Counted from the first letter of the stretch, positions 22,729-32,852 are shown. The stretch is 64,000 bases of DNA from an uncultured Verrucomicrobiae bacterium (GCA_963815455.1 CAWFGO010000001.1:672001-736000); one strand, 5' to 3'. Notes: generated by a model from the letters alone, not told the origin. Translations and numbers: made by a program.

Positions 22729-25260
22729 ATGGACGCGCACGGTAATCCGACATCTCAGCGACCGGCCGGTGGAAACCACCGCGAGCCCGACACGATCGCG
22801 CAAACGCCAACTCACATCGACGCCGGGATGTCAAAAACGCCGCTGCATCGAGATGTACACCCGGCGGGAAAGGATCCCACTCCAGGAGCTCAGCCGCCGG
22901 AAGAAACCAGACGCGCGAAACTGCGAAAGCCGCATCGTGTTGCCGCTGGAATGCTGGCGTTAACCGAGAGCTTGCGCTTCACCATCCGCGAGACCGGCTT
23001 GATCCGCGGAATTGGTGATTGGCTCAAGGTGAATAAGAAGGATGGCTTCGATTGCCAGAGCTGCGCCTGGCCGAGCCCGGATGATCACCGGCACGTGTTC
23101 GAGTTTTGCGAAAACGGCGTCAAAGCGTTAACGAGCGAGGCGACAACTAAAAGGATCGGGCCCGAATTATTCCGCGAGCACTCTATCGCTGATCTCCAAA
23201 AACAGAGCGACCACTGGCTTGAGCTGCAAGGACGACTTGTCCATCCGATGGTGAAATGCGCAGGCGCGACGCATTATGAGGCGATTGGGTGGGACGAAGC
23301 GTTCGCGTTGATGGCGGAGGAATTGAACGCGTTGCCAACGTCGAACGCGGCGGCTTTTTATACGAGCGGTCGGACGAGCAATGAGGCCGCATTTCTCTAT
23401 CAGCTTTTTGCGCGGCAATTCGGCACCAACAACCTGCCCGATTGTTCGAACATGTGTCACGAATCGAGCGGCGCGGCGTTAACTGAAACCATCGGCATCG
23501 GCAAGGGCTGTGTAACTCTGGAGGACTTCGAAAAAACCGACGGGATTTTCATTCTCGGCCAAAATCCGGGGACAAATCATCCGCGCATGATGACCTTCCT
23601 CGAACGCGCGAAGGAAAACGGGGCGAAGATCGTGGCGCTCAATCCGATGCCCGAGCCGGGCTTGATGGAAGGGGTCAATCCAAATCCGCAGGAATACCGG
23701 AACCCGGTAAAATTCGCTGCGAAAATGCTGTTCAACATCGGCACTCCAATCAGCGATCTCTGGTTGCCGGTAAGGGTGAACGGCGATATGGCGGCGATGC
23801 GCGGTATCATGAAAGAGATGCTGGCCGAAGAGGAGCGCAATCCCGGATCGATTTTTGATCGCGAGTTCATCGAGCAATACACTGTCGGCTTCGAGCCATT
23901 CGTCGAACATCTGCGCGCCACGCCTTGGGCCGATATCCTCGAAAGCGCTGGCTTAACGCGCGAGCAAATCCGCGACGCGGCCAAAATCGCCATGGGATGC
24001 AAGCGCATCATCACCTGCTGGGCGATGGGATTGACGCAACACAAAAATGCCGTCGCTACTATTCAAGAGGTGATGAATTTCCATCTCCTCGGCGGAAATA
24101 TCGGTCGACCGGGGGCCGGACCTTGCCCGGTGCGCGGACACTCCAATGTGCAGGGCGATCGCACGATGGGCATTTGGGAGCACATGAACGAAAGGTTCAT
24201 GGAAAAACTGGGACTCGAATTCCAGTTCACGCCGCCGAAAGAGCATGGAACCGACGTCGTCGAAACAATCAAGCAGATGCACGATGGCAAGATCAGGTTC
24301 TTCCTCGGAATGGGCGGTAACTTCCTGGCCGCGGCCCCCGACACGGAATACACCGCGAAGGCGATGCAGAAATGCCGGCTGACGGCGCACGTCTCAACGA
24401 AACTGAATCGCTCTCATCTGATCACTGGCGAGATCGCGCTCATCCTGCCCTGCCTCGGCCGATCGGAACTTGATGTGCAGGAAACGGGCGAGCAATTCGT
24501 GACGGTGGAAGACTCAATGGGGATCATCAATCCCTCGCGCGGCCACGCGCAGCCCGCCAGCGAATATCTGAAAAGCGAACCGGCCATTATTGGTCGATTA
24601 GCGGAAGCGACATTAGGAAGCCGGAGCACGGTTGATTGGAAAGGCCTGGTCGCGAACTATGACCGCGTCCGAGATCACATTGAGCATGTCATTGCAGGTT
24701 TCGAAGACTTCAACAGCCGAATTCGAAGGGACGTTTTCTATTTGCCTAACGATGCACGCGATAAACGGGAGTTTCATACCCGCGTCGGTAAAGCGGTATT
24801 CATCGTCTCCGAATTAACCAAGCCCACGGTTGGGCCCGGACAGTATTTAATGATGACGATCCGCAGCCATGATCAGTTTAATACGACCATTTACGGGCTA
24901 GATGATCGTTATCGTGGAGTCTACAATGGTCGCCGCGTTATTTTCATGAACCCTGAGGACGTGAAGGCTGCGGGGTTGAAGCAAGGAGAGTTTGTCGATC
25001 TAACAAGTCATTATGAAGGTGAAGAACGTGTCGCGCGCCACTTCATGGTTGCGCCGCATCCGATCGCACGCGGCTGCACCGCCACCTACTTTCCCGAGAC
25101 CAACGTCCTCGTTCCGATCAATAGCACGGCCGAGCGAAGCAACACACCAACAAGCAAAAGCGTGGTGATTTCGATCAAGCCATCGCTGGATCCTGAAGCG
25201 GCGATCGATGACCTTCTCCGGAACGCGAGGGCCACGTCACGCAAGCACTCAAAGATGTAA
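22729..25260 (+). CDS. FdhF/YdeP family molybdopterin oxidoreductase
   Basis: GFDCQSCAWP, EFCENG, YTSGRTSNEAAF, TNNLPDCSNMCHE, PVRGHSNVQGDRT, RSHDQFNTTIYG; exact start uncertain. Confidence 0.92.
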   Translation: MDAHGNPTSQRPAGGNHREPDTIAQTPTHIDAGMSKTPLHRDVHPAGKDPTPGAQPPEETRRAKLRKPHRVAAGMLALTESLRFTIRETGLIRGIGDWLKVNKKDGFDCQSCAWPSPDDHRHVFEFCENGVKALTSEATTKRIGPELFREHSIADLQKQSDHWLELQGRLVHPMVKCAGATHYEAIGWDEAFALMAEELNALPTSNAAAFYTSGRTSNEAAFLYQLFARQFGTNNLPDCSNMCHESSGAALTETIGIGKGCVTLEDFEKTDGIFILGQNPGTNHPRMMTFLERAKENGAKIVALNPMPEPGLMEGVNPNPQEYRNPVKFAAKMLFNIGTPISDLWLPVRVNGDMAAMRGIMKEMLAEEERNPGSIFDREFIEQYTVGFEPFVEHLRATPWADILESAGLTREQIRDAAKIAMGCKRIITCWAMGLTQHKNAVATIQEVMNFHLLGGNIGRPGAGPCPVRGHSNVQGDRTMGIWEHMNERFMEKLGLEFQFTPPKEHGTDVVETIKQMHDGKIRFFLGMGGNFLAAAPDTEYTAKAMQKCRLTAHVSTKLNRSHLITGEIALILPCLGRSELDVQETGEQFVTVEDSMGIINPSRGHAQPASEYLKSEPAIIGRLAEATLGSRSTVDWKGLVANYDRVRDHIEHVIAGFEDFNSRIRRDVFYLPNDARDKREFHTRVGKAVFIVSELTKPTVGPGQYLMMTIRSHDQFNTTIYGLDDRYRGVYNGRRVIFMNPEDVKAAGLKQGEFVDLTSHYEGEERVARHFMVAPHPIARGCTATYFPETNVLVPINSTAERSNTPTSKSVVISIKPSLDPEAAIDDLLRNARATSRKHSKM

Positions 25261-25529
25261 CCAGAAATCTGTGGGGCTGTACTCGACTGAGCGCATCGCA
25301 GTCGCCTAATTCACCGCGAGTGACACCAAGAAATCCCGCGCCAGCGCGGGCGACAAGTCTGCAGCGTGAGATACGCAACGGGAAAACTGTCGGGATCTAC
25401 GGATCACGTTCCCGGCGCGGCCCGCCAAGCCCATTATCAATAAGTCAGATCTGGTCGACTTTTTGCGCCTCCGCGAACGGGGGTACCGTCCCGTTCGAAA
25501 AGGATCTTCGCAATCACACAGATGCGATG

Positions 25530-25552
25530 GCTGCCATCAAAAAAATGGCAGC
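25530..25552. terminator. Hairpin downstream of rpmH (possible terminator)
   Basis: GCTGCCAT-CAAAAAA-ATGGCAGC 8-bp stem 11 nt after the rpmH stop; no clear U tract. Confidence 0.4.
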
Positions 25553-25563
25553 GAACGAAAGAT

Positions 25564-25737
25564 CTACGCCTGGGTGTGGCGGGCGAAGTGTCTTTCCACG
25601 CCTTTTGGAAGCAACCGTTTGCGCCCTCGTTGGCGCCTACGCGCGAGCGTGGCGCGCCCCGCCTTCGTTTTCATGCGCGCGCGGAAACCGTGCTGCTGTT
25701 TTCGCGTGCGTTTGGATCGCTGTAACGTGCGTTTCAT
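25564..25737 (-). CDS. rpmH: 50S ribosomal protein L34 with C-terminal extension (57 aa; below ORF-track cutoff)
   Basis: [57 protein letters not shown]. Confidence 0.95.
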   Translation of the reverse strand: MKRTLQRSKRTRKQQHGFRARMKTKAGRATLARRRQRGRKRLLPKGVERHFARHTQA

Positions 25738-25776
25738 AAAACCGCCGAATTGTTCCGGCGCAATTCAAGAGCGGTT

Positions 25777-25804
25777 ACAGTAAGAATGAGCGCGGGATTG
25801 TCAA
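25777..25804 (-). promoter_or_regulatory. Putative sigma-70 promoter of rpmH
   Basis: TTGACA-16 nt-TACTGT on the minus strand, about 40 nt upstream of the ATG. Confidence 0.5.
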
Positions 25805-25817
25805 TCCTCGTATCTCA

Positions 25818-25911
25818 GTCATTCTGAGCGCAGCGCAGCGGAGTCGAAGAACCCCGTGTTTCGCACGTTTAAACGAAATCATCGGGATCCCTCGACTGCG
25901 CTCGGGATGAC
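25818..25911. repeat. Palindromic MITE/REP-like element, GTCATYCYGAGC family, copy 1
   Basis: GTCATTCTGAGCGCAG...CTGCGCTCGGGATGAC terminal inverted repeats; homologous to 58858-58949. Confidence 0.8.
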
Positions 25912-25959
25912 AGTTGTCGATTGCCAGCGCCTCGGGTTTCGAGGATAATCGAGCCGACG

Positions 25960-26439
25960 ATGAGCGCAAAGGTCGTGATTGAGCCGGCGACGGAAGCGGA
26001 CTTGGACGAACTGTCCGAGATGCTAGGGGGATTGTTCTCTCAGGAGAGCGACTTTCGGCCGGACAAAGACAAGCAACTGCGCGGCTTGCGTTTGATTTTC
26101 GAACAACCAAATCGCGGCCGCGTTTTTGTTCTCCGGCGCGATGGAGCGATCGTTGGAATGATCAATCTGCTTTTCACCATTAGCACGGCGGAAGGCGGCT
26201 TTGTGATCCTGCTGGAGGACCTGGTCGTCCACCAGAAATATCAGGGGCACGGCTACGGCGCGAAGCTTCTGAATCACGCCATCGACTTTGCCAAACAAAA
26301 GAATTTTCTGCGCATCACGCTGTTGACCGATCGCCCTGAGAACGTCGCCCAGGAGTTTTTCCGGCGACACGGCTTCGTGGAATCATCCATGATCCCGATG
26401 CGGTTGTTGATCAATCCGGGAAACGAGCAAACGCCGTAA
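25960..26439 (+). CDS. GNAT acetyltransferase
   Basis: LEDLVVHQKYQGHGYGAKLL, RITLLTD..N..AQEFFRRHGF. Confidence 0.88.
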   Translation: MSAKVVIEPATEADLDELSEMLGGLFSQESDFRPDKDKQLRGLRLIFEQPNRGRVFVLRRDGAIVGMINLLFTISTAEGGFVILLEDLVVHQKYQGHGYGAKLLNHAIDFAKQKNFLRITLLTDRPENVAQEFFRRHGFVESSMIPMRLLINPGNEQTP

Positions 26440-26452
26440 GACCGGCGCTCGA

Positions 26453-29128
26453 CTACTTCGGGCCGCCAGGAATTTGCGCGCCTAGCCGTTGGCGAAGCTC
26501 AGTTCGAAATTCGATTTCATCGATGGCTTTGGCGACCTCCTTGGCGCTTGCCGCCGGCAACTGCGCCTTGGCATAGCTCCGCAGGTCGGTCACGCGGGCA
26601 AGATCGGAAAAGAACGTAAACAAACTTGGCGCATAGCTGTTTGCGCCGAGCGCGTCAGTCTTGGCCAGCAACGCTTTCATGTTCGCTTTGGCAAACTCCC
26701 AGGCCAGCTCCGGACGCTCGCTTTGGCGTGCCACCTTAATCACGAGAAACACGGCGCGACTCGTGGACAGCTCATCGGTAAGGGCGATCGGAAGCGTTTT
26801 TTCCACCAGCTTGGGGTCAATCGCCGCGGCCAACGCGCTGTAATAATTCTGTTTTTCCTCGGTACTGGTTGTCTTCAGGCCGAGCTCATGAAGTTTGTTC
26901 CAAGTCTTTTCGTCGGCATAACGCCCGATTACAGCCAGGACAGGCGGACGCAAGTCGGGCGGAACCGACGCTGGATCCATAACGTATTTTTCAAAACGTT
27001 CGCGACAACCCGCGATGATTTGCGGATCGTTCAAATCGCCGAGTGCAGCAATCAAGCCGGCCCGCAAGTTTGAAAATTTCACTGGCTCCCCCGTTTTCGG
27101 CTCCCAGCCGAGCGCGTCAAAACTTGGGCGCAGAATCGACCGCGCATACTGCTGAAACTTCTCGCGCTCGGGCGTGCCGACAAGGAGCCGGTTTACAAAA
27201 TCGAAAACGGTGATGATCTGCTCGCGCTCTGCCAGCTCGGTCGCAGATGGCAGCTTTTCGATGAGACCCAGGTAAAGCGAGAACTGCGCGCGATTTGCCT
27301 GCACTAGCGCCCAGGCGTCGCTCATCAGGTTGACGCGATCCTGCACATCCAGTTGGGGCAGGACGCCGAGGAGCAGCTCCCACGAGACATCGTCATATTC
27401 GACTCGATAATTTCCGGCGCCGTCGGCATTCAATTTCAGGGCGCGATCGACTGGAATGTCTTGAAGCTGGTCGGTCTTCGCGGTCATCAAGAGGCTCTTG
27501 GACTCGTCACCGCCGACGACGAAATAGGTAAGCGGAATCTTCCACTGCAACGGCGGCGCGTCCTTAAAGTTCAATGTGAATCTATCCTGCCTGAGGGAAA
27601 CTTTGCCGTCTTCCCCACGCGTTACCGTCACCAGGGGAAATCCCGGTTGCTCCGTCCAGCCGGCGGCGATTTTGACGACCGACTTACCCGACGCATCCGC
27701 AAGTGCTTTCCAAAGGTCCGCGGTAGTCGAATTGGAGAGTCGGTGGGCGGCAATGTATCGGCGAATGCCGTCACGAAAAACATTTTCACCGAGAAAACTC
27801 TCCAGCATTCGAATGAGTGACTGGCCTTTCTTGTAAGTAATATCGTCAAAAGCGCTGTTCGCTTCGGCCTCGGTTGCGATCGGTTGCTGGACGGGATGCG
27901 TTGTCGATCTTGCGTCGCCTTCCATGGCCTGTTCCTTGGCGATGCCGACGCGCCGGGCCGGATTGCGCGGCTGATTTCTGCGGAGCCAGACTTCCCATTG
28001 AGGATTAAAATGGGCGCTGCATTTCGTTCCCATCCACGAAGCGAAACCTTCGTTGAGCCAGAGATTGTCCCACCACGCCATCGTCACCAGATCGCCGAAC
28101 CACATGTGCGCCATCTCATGCGCAATCACTTCAAAAATGTTCTGCTTTGTGTCTTCGGAAGATTTTTGCGGATCAAATAACAAAACCGACTCGTAGTAGG
28201 TAATGCCGCCCCAGTTCTCCATGGCCCCGCCGAACCCGCCGGGAAGCGCGATCTGGTCGAGCTTCGGCAATGGATACGGTTCGCCGAAGTAATCGTTGTA
28301 ATACTGGAGAATCTTGGCCGTGCTTTCGAGCGCGTAACGTCCCCATTCCGCTTTACCCTTGGTTGCGATCACCCGAATTCGCGTGCCGGCTGCCTTCGTT
28401 TCGATGAAGTCCAGCTCGCCCGCGACGAAAACATTCAGATAACTCGCCATCGCCGGAGTCATGGCAAAGCGAACTTCTTTTTCAGTGCGCGCCGCGCCGG
28501 AGCCATGCGAAGGCGGGTCGATCTTGCTTTCGGATTCGACCGGCATATTCGAAACCGCTAGCCAATTCTCGGGAACCACTACGGTGAGTTGAAAACGCGA
28601 TCGGAAACTTGGTTCGTCCCAGCACGGAAAAAATCGGCGAGCGTCGGTGGCTTCGAACTGGGTTCCAAGCAAGATTTTCTTCGCCCCGGTTCCCTGCTCC
28701 TGATAATTCGCGTAGAAAAGGCCCTGGCCTTGTTGATTGATTTTCCCGGCAAAGCTGAGACCCAGCGTGTGATATACAAAGGGCAGCGCGGATGGCAGAG
28801 CAATTCGAACCAGCTCGTTCTTACTGTCGATCTTAATTGCTGATTTCGGCAGCGCTTTGCCATCAAGGGTTGCGTCGGTCACATCTATTTCGAGCGCATT
28901 TAGCATCAGCTCGCGAACCGGGGCACGCACGTTGAGCTTGATCGTCTCCGTGCCGGTAAAGGTCAGTTTGGCGATATCGGGGACGATCCGGACGGCGTAT
29001 TCGAGCGGGACAACGTTCTTCGGCAATTTTCCCGGTGTATTTTCGAATTTGAACGGCTTTTCTGCATTCATGCTCGCGCAAAAGATAAAGAAAACGAACC
29101 AAAGAGAGAAAAGTCTAGCGGGGCGCAT
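26453..29128 (-). CDS. Secreted M1 aminopeptidase with ERAP1-like C-terminal domain
   Basis: Signal peptide, TQFEATDARRFFPCWDEP, GAMENWG, HEMAH-x18-E, FDDITYKKG. Confidence 0.93.
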   Translation of the reverse strand: MRPARLFSLWFVFFIFCASMNAEKPFKFENTPGKLPKNVVPLEYAVRIVPDIAKLTFTGTETIKLNVRAPVRELMLNALEIDVTDATLDGKALPKSAIKIDSKNELVRIALPSALPFVYHTLGLSFAGKINQQGQGLFYANYQEQGTGAKKILLGTQFEATDARRFFPCWDEPSFRSRFQLTVVVPENWLAVSNMPVESESKIDPPSHGSGAARTEKEVRFAMTPAMASYLNVFVAGELDFIETKAAGTRIRVIATKGKAEWGRYALESTAKILQYYNDYFGEPYPLPKLDQIALPGGFGGAMENWGGITYYESVLLFDPQKSSEDTKQNIFEVIAHEMAHMWFGDLVTMAWWDNLWLNEGFASWMGTKCSAHFNPQWEVWLRRNQPRNPARRVGIAKEQAMEGDARSTTHPVQQPIATEAEANSAFDDITYKKGQSLIRMLESFLGENVFRDGIRRYIAAHRLSNSTTADLWKALADASGKSVVKIAAGWTEQPGFPLVTVTRGEDGKVSLRQDRFTLNFKDAPPLQWKIPLTYFVVGGDESKSLLMTAKTDQLQDIPVDRALKLNADGAGNYRVEYDDVSWELLLGVLPQLDVQDRVNLMSDAWALVQANRAQFSLYLGLIEKLPSATELAEREQIITVFDFVNRLLVGTPEREKFQQYARSILRPSFDALGWEPKTGEPVKFSNLRAGLIAALGDLNDPQIIAGCRERFEKYVMDPASVPPDLRPPVLAVIGRYADEKTWNKLHELGLKTTSTEEKQNYYSALAAAIDPKLVEKTLPIALTDELSTSRAVFLVIKVARQSERPELAWEFAKANMKALLAKTDALGANSYAPSLFTFFSDLARVTDLRSYAKAQLPAASAKEVAKAIDEIEFRTELRQRLGAQIPGGPK

Positions 29129-29184
29129 GGTGCCACTAAACAACTTGCGCGAACCTTTGCATCTGCAAATAAGCTGGTCCGGAA

Positions 29185-29625
29185 CTACCGCACAAACAGG
29201 ACGAGCAACAATTGCCCGCTGCCCACTTGCGGCCCTTTGATCACGAGCGGGCTGCGCTTGCTTAATTTGGCCTCGGTCTCGAGGAGCAGTTCTTTTTCCC
29301 GGTAGAGTTTCAAATCCAGCACGTAGCCGCCCTTGCCTTGGCCGTGGGCATCGACCAGCAGTGAGAAATACCTGCTCCAGGCCAGCCAATTCTCATTCCC
29401 ATTTTGCAGCGTCTTGCTGGATTGGCCGATAATCTGAAACTGATTATAGCCGAAAAGATCCTTCAACGTCTGTTCGATCCGGGTTAGTTCAGCCGGAATG
29501 GCTGCCGGCTGGGGCGAATTTTCGGCAATAACCAGTCCGCTCCAGACAGTCTCGGCGCCCTGCGCCCCGGCCGCGCTCAGCATCGCAGCGAGAACAACTG
29601 CGAGGTATGAGAGCCGGGATTTCAT
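29185..29625 (-). CDS. Secreted hypothetical protein
   Basis: 146-aa ORF with signal peptide (AAGAQG-A), tightly following the anti-sigma gene. Confidence 0.7.
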   Translation of the reverse strand: MKSRLSYLAVVLAAMLSAAGAQGAETVWSGLVIAENSPQPAAIPAELTRIEQTLKDLFGYNQFQIIGQSSKTLQNGNENWLAWSRYFSLLVDAHGQGKGGYVLDLKLYREKELLLETEAKLSKRSPLVIKGPQVGSGQLLLVLFVR

Positions 29626-29631
29626 GGATGA

Positions 29632-30150
29632 TTATTTGGCGGCGTATTCCGCGGGGAACGATTGCAGCCCCTCCGTCCAGAGCACTGTGACCTTATGTTC
29701 TTTGGCCTCGAACATCGAGACAGTGGCGTTGGGGCTTACCGTGGGATCGACCCGCGAATTCAGAATCTGGGTAAGATATTGCGATTGCTCGGCCGGTTTC
29801 CTGTCGCGCAGGATGAACACAGCACAGATGGCGAACAGCGCGAGCGCGGTCGCCCCCACCCCGAACAGCCGCCGAATCGTCCACCCAGTCGAAATGCCAC
29901 CTGCGGCCTGGTGAGCAGGCTCATCTTCATCGCGCGCGATCCGCTCCCGAAGTTGATGATTGAAAAAGTCTTCGTTGCCCAACACGCGCGATCCAACGTG
30001 CTCTTTCAACAACGCACCGACCCTGAGCGCATCGCGCTTCTCGACTTCAGCCGCCGCTTTGTCCGGCAGCGAAGCCTCGAACTCGGCAAGTTCTCGTCCG
30101 CTCAACTGGCCATCGAGCCAGGCGGTCCATTTTTCTTCAAACGTTTTCAT
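29632..30150 (-). CDS. Membrane-anchored anti-sigma factor
   Basis: WTAWLDGQLS..E..EFE anti-sigma domain, one TM, small external domain; overlaps the sigma stop. Confidence 0.75.
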   Translation of the reverse strand: MKTFEEKWTAWLDGQLSGRELAEFEASLPDKAAAEVEKRDALRVGALLKEHVGSRVLGNEDFFNHQLRERIARDEDEPAHQAAGGISTGWTIRRLFGVGATALALFAICAVFILRDRKPAEQSQYLTQILNSRVDPTVSPNATVSMFEAKEHKVTVLWTEGLQSFPAEYAAK

Positions 30151-30748
30151 AAACATCTCTCAGCATGTTTTGCAGCTTCTTGCGCGCGTAAAACAGGCGC
30201 GACATCACCGTGCCGATCGAACACTCCAGGGCCTCGGCGATTTCGTGATATTGCATCCCTTCGGTTTCCTTCATCAAAATCACGGCCCGATGTTCGGGCG
30301 AAAGTTGGGCGATGGCCGCGTCGATCCTGGCGCGAATCTCGGCCTGTTCCATTCTCTGGTGCGGCAATGGCTCCGCTCTCGGCGCCGTCTTGGCGGCAGG
30401 ATCGATTTCCCCTAGTTGAATCGCGTCATCAAATTCCGCACCAGCGCCTTTGATCTGCTTTTTCCGCAGCCAATCGATCGTCACGTTCATCACGATCCGG
30501 TAAATCCAGGTGTAAAAGGAGGACTGACCGCGGAAGCGTTTGATCGACTTCCAGGCTTTGACAAAACTGTCCTGGGCCAAATCCCAGGCGTCTTGCTCGT
30601 TGTGGACCATATTGTAGATCATGGCGAAAATTCGGGTGCGGTAACGTGTCACCAGCTGGTCGAATGCCTCGGTCTGCCCGGCCTGACATTGCTTGATCAG
30701 GTCCGCGTCCGACACATCGACTTGGGCCAGAGTCGCTTCCGTTTGCAT
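30137..30748 (-). CDS. ECF sigma-70 factor (RpoE/SigW-like)
   Basis: DAWDLAQDSFVKAW..FRGQSSFYTWIYRI; LSPEHRAVI..YHEIAEALECSIGTVMSRLFYAR. Confidence 0.92.
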   Translation of the reverse strand: MQTEATLAQVDVSDADLIKQCQAGQTEAFDQLVTRYRTRIFAMIYNMVHNEQDAWDLAQDSFVKAWKSIKRFRGQSSFYTWIYRIVMNVTIDWLRKKQIKGAGAEFDDAIQLGEIDPAAKTAPRAEPLPHQRMEQAEIRARIDAAIAQLSPEHRAVILMKETEGMQYHEIAEALECSIGTVMSRLFYARKKLQNMLRDVYENV

Positions 30749-30775
30749 AGTTGGACGGGCCAACGGCTACTTCAT

Positions 30776-31444
30776 TCAACCCCTGGAATCTTCGGAGCCG
30801 TAGCGGCGACGCCACTCGCCCCGGTACTCGCCCATCAGGTCGATGATCCCATCACGGACCTGAAAAAGGCGTTGCTCCAGGACGGAATGTTCCGTGGCGG
30901 TGATAAGCTTGCCCGCAAAAAGCTGCGTGGCCGCCTCCATCGACATCGTAATCGCCTTTAACGCTCGCTTCAGATACGCGATCGTCATTCCCAGTTCGTC
31001 GCCATCGTCGTCGCTCAAGGCCGCCGCCAGTTTTGCGCTGGCCAGCGCGGAATGGGTAGCCAGTTTCACCGCCGCCGGATCGTTCTGGAGCGAACTATTT
31101 TCATCGAAGAGCTGGTCGATCCAGATGGTCAATCCAAAGGCGGCGCGATAAAGCGCGTGGTCTTCGAAAGTCTCACAGAGAAAAGCCTCCTGGTCCTCAT
31201 CGGTCAACGAGTCGTCGCTCGACTTCCAATCTTCGCTCACGGCATCGGCATCTTCGTCGTCGTTGTCCTCGAGCAGGTGCGACCAGCCCATTTCGCGCGC
31301 GATGATCTCGTCCCGGTCCGGATCGTCGATGTACTTCTCCAGCAGCTCCATATACTTCTCAGTTTTCTGATCCTGCTGCTGAAGGAACCGCTCCCACTCG
31401 TATTCGTCCCATACTTTTTCGGGTCCGCCCTCGTAGCCAGCCAT
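30776..31444 (-). CDS. Acidic helical hypothetical protein
   Basis: Long ORF with coding-like composition (WDEYEWERFL..REMGW), co-oriented between rlmN and the sigma gene. Confidence 0.7.
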   Translation of the reverse strand: MAGYEGGPEKVWDEYEWERFLQQQDQKTEKYMELLEKYIDDPDRDEIIAREMGWSHLLEDNDDEDADAVSEDWKSSDDSLTDEDQEAFLCETFEDHALYRAAFGLTIWIDQLFDENSSLQNDPAAVKLATHSALASAKLAAALSDDDGDELGMTIAYLKRALKAITMSMEAATQLFAGKLITATEHSVLEQRLFQVRDGIIDLMGEYRGEWRRRYGSEDSRG

Positions 31445-31488
31445 GCTTCGACTAAACGCCACCTTTACGGCGCGCGCAAAAGGTTTTG

Positions 31489-32572
31489 CTATGACGCTTT
31501 CGCCGATTCGCTGCGTTTGGTTTGCAGTCTCAACTGGCCGCAGGCGGCCTCGATATCGTGGCCTTTCTCGCGGCGTAATGTCGCGGCGATTTTATGCCCG
31601 CGCAGGATCGACAAAAATTTCTCCTGGCGATTCCTGGACGGCCGCGACCACGGCAAATCTTCGACCGTATTGTAGGGAATCAGGTTCACTTTGGCCGAAA
31701 GCCGGCGGGCATGACGCGCCAGAGAGATGCGCTTGATCGTCGGAGTCATTCACGTCCGCGATCAAAATGTATTCGAATGTGATCCGCTGCTTTTTGGAGG
31801 AAGCATAGTAATCGCAGGCCGCGAGCAACGTCTCGATGTTGTACCGGCGATTAATCGGCATGATCTGATCGCGCACGTGATCGGTTGCGCCATGCAACGA
31901 GACGGCGAGGCGGATTTGCATGGGTTCATCGGCCAGCTTCCTGATCTGCGGCGCGAGGCCGCTGGTCGAGACGGTGATGTGCCGCGCGCCGATGCCGAGG
32001 CCCCATGGCGCGTTGATGATGCGGATCGCGGCCATGACGTTCTCCAGATTCGCCAGCGGTTCGCCCATGCCCATGAAGACGATATTGTCGATCTTCTCGC
32101 CGCTCTCCCTTTCGATCGCGATGATTTGATCCACAATTTCACCCGGGCGCAGATTACGGGTAAATCCGTCCAAACCGCTCGCGCAAAATTTGCAGCCGTA
32201 CGCGCAACCAACCTGGGTCGAGATACAAATCGTTCGGCGATCGGATTTTTGGCCGTAAAGCGCCGGCGAGGCCGGGATCAATACGGATTCGATCAAATTT
32301 CCGTCCTCGAGCCGGAAAAGAAATTTCTGCGTCGTGTCGCTCGATCCCAGCACACGGACGATGTCGATCCTGCCGAAGGAGAATTTGTCCGCCAGCTGCG
32401 TCCGCAATGGTTGCGACAGATCGGTCATCTTGTCGAATGCATCCACTCGCTTCTGGTAAAGCCAGCTGACGATCTGGCTGGCGCGATAGGAAGGCTCATC
32501 CAGTTTGCGCAGCTCTTCCTCGAGCTCATCCGCTTGAAGGGACTTGATGTCGATCCTGGCCGCTTTCGTCAC
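31489..32572 (-). CDS. rlmN: 23S rRNA/tRNA C2-methyltransferase RlmN; frameshift near 31720
   Basis: CISTQVGCAYGCKFCASG, FMGMGEP, VSLHG, FEYIL; second frame gives VNLIPYN..KGHDIEAACGQL. Confidence 0.93.
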
Positions 32573-32632
32573 GGGCAAACTTACCGGACGGCGGAGCTTG
32601 CATCAAACATCGCCACAGTTAGGTTCGTTCCT

Positions 32633-32824
32633 GTGAACAAACGCTTCGCAATTTACGCTGTAATCCTTTCGGCAATCACTTCACTTCTGGGTGGTTGCGC
32701 TTCCGATTCCGGCGGGGAAACCACTTCACAACCTGCGGCGGCGGTTCCTGGCCAAAACCGCGGCGGTGAAGAGGTGACACCTGGGATGGGCCCCAGCGGC
32801 CCGAGCGCAAACGTTCGTTGGTAG
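32633..32824 (+). CDS. Small lipoprotein
   Basis: GTG start, NKRFAIYAVILSAITSLLGG-C lipobox, ends SANVRW. Confidence 0.65.
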   Translation: MNKRFAIYAVILSAITSLLGGCASDSGGETTSQPAAAVPGQNRGGEEVTPGMGPSGPSANVRW

Positions 32825-32852
32825 CGCAAAAGACGCCGCTACGAGTTCTGGC

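Noticed and set aside
25320..25783. Plus-strand ORFs of 139, 106 and 67 aa
   Set aside because: Antisense shadows of rpmH and its flanks; no rnpA-like sequence seen downstream either
31727..32632. 365-aa plus-strand ORF
   Set aside because: Antisense to rlmN; only the last 63 codons (the lipoprotein) look real
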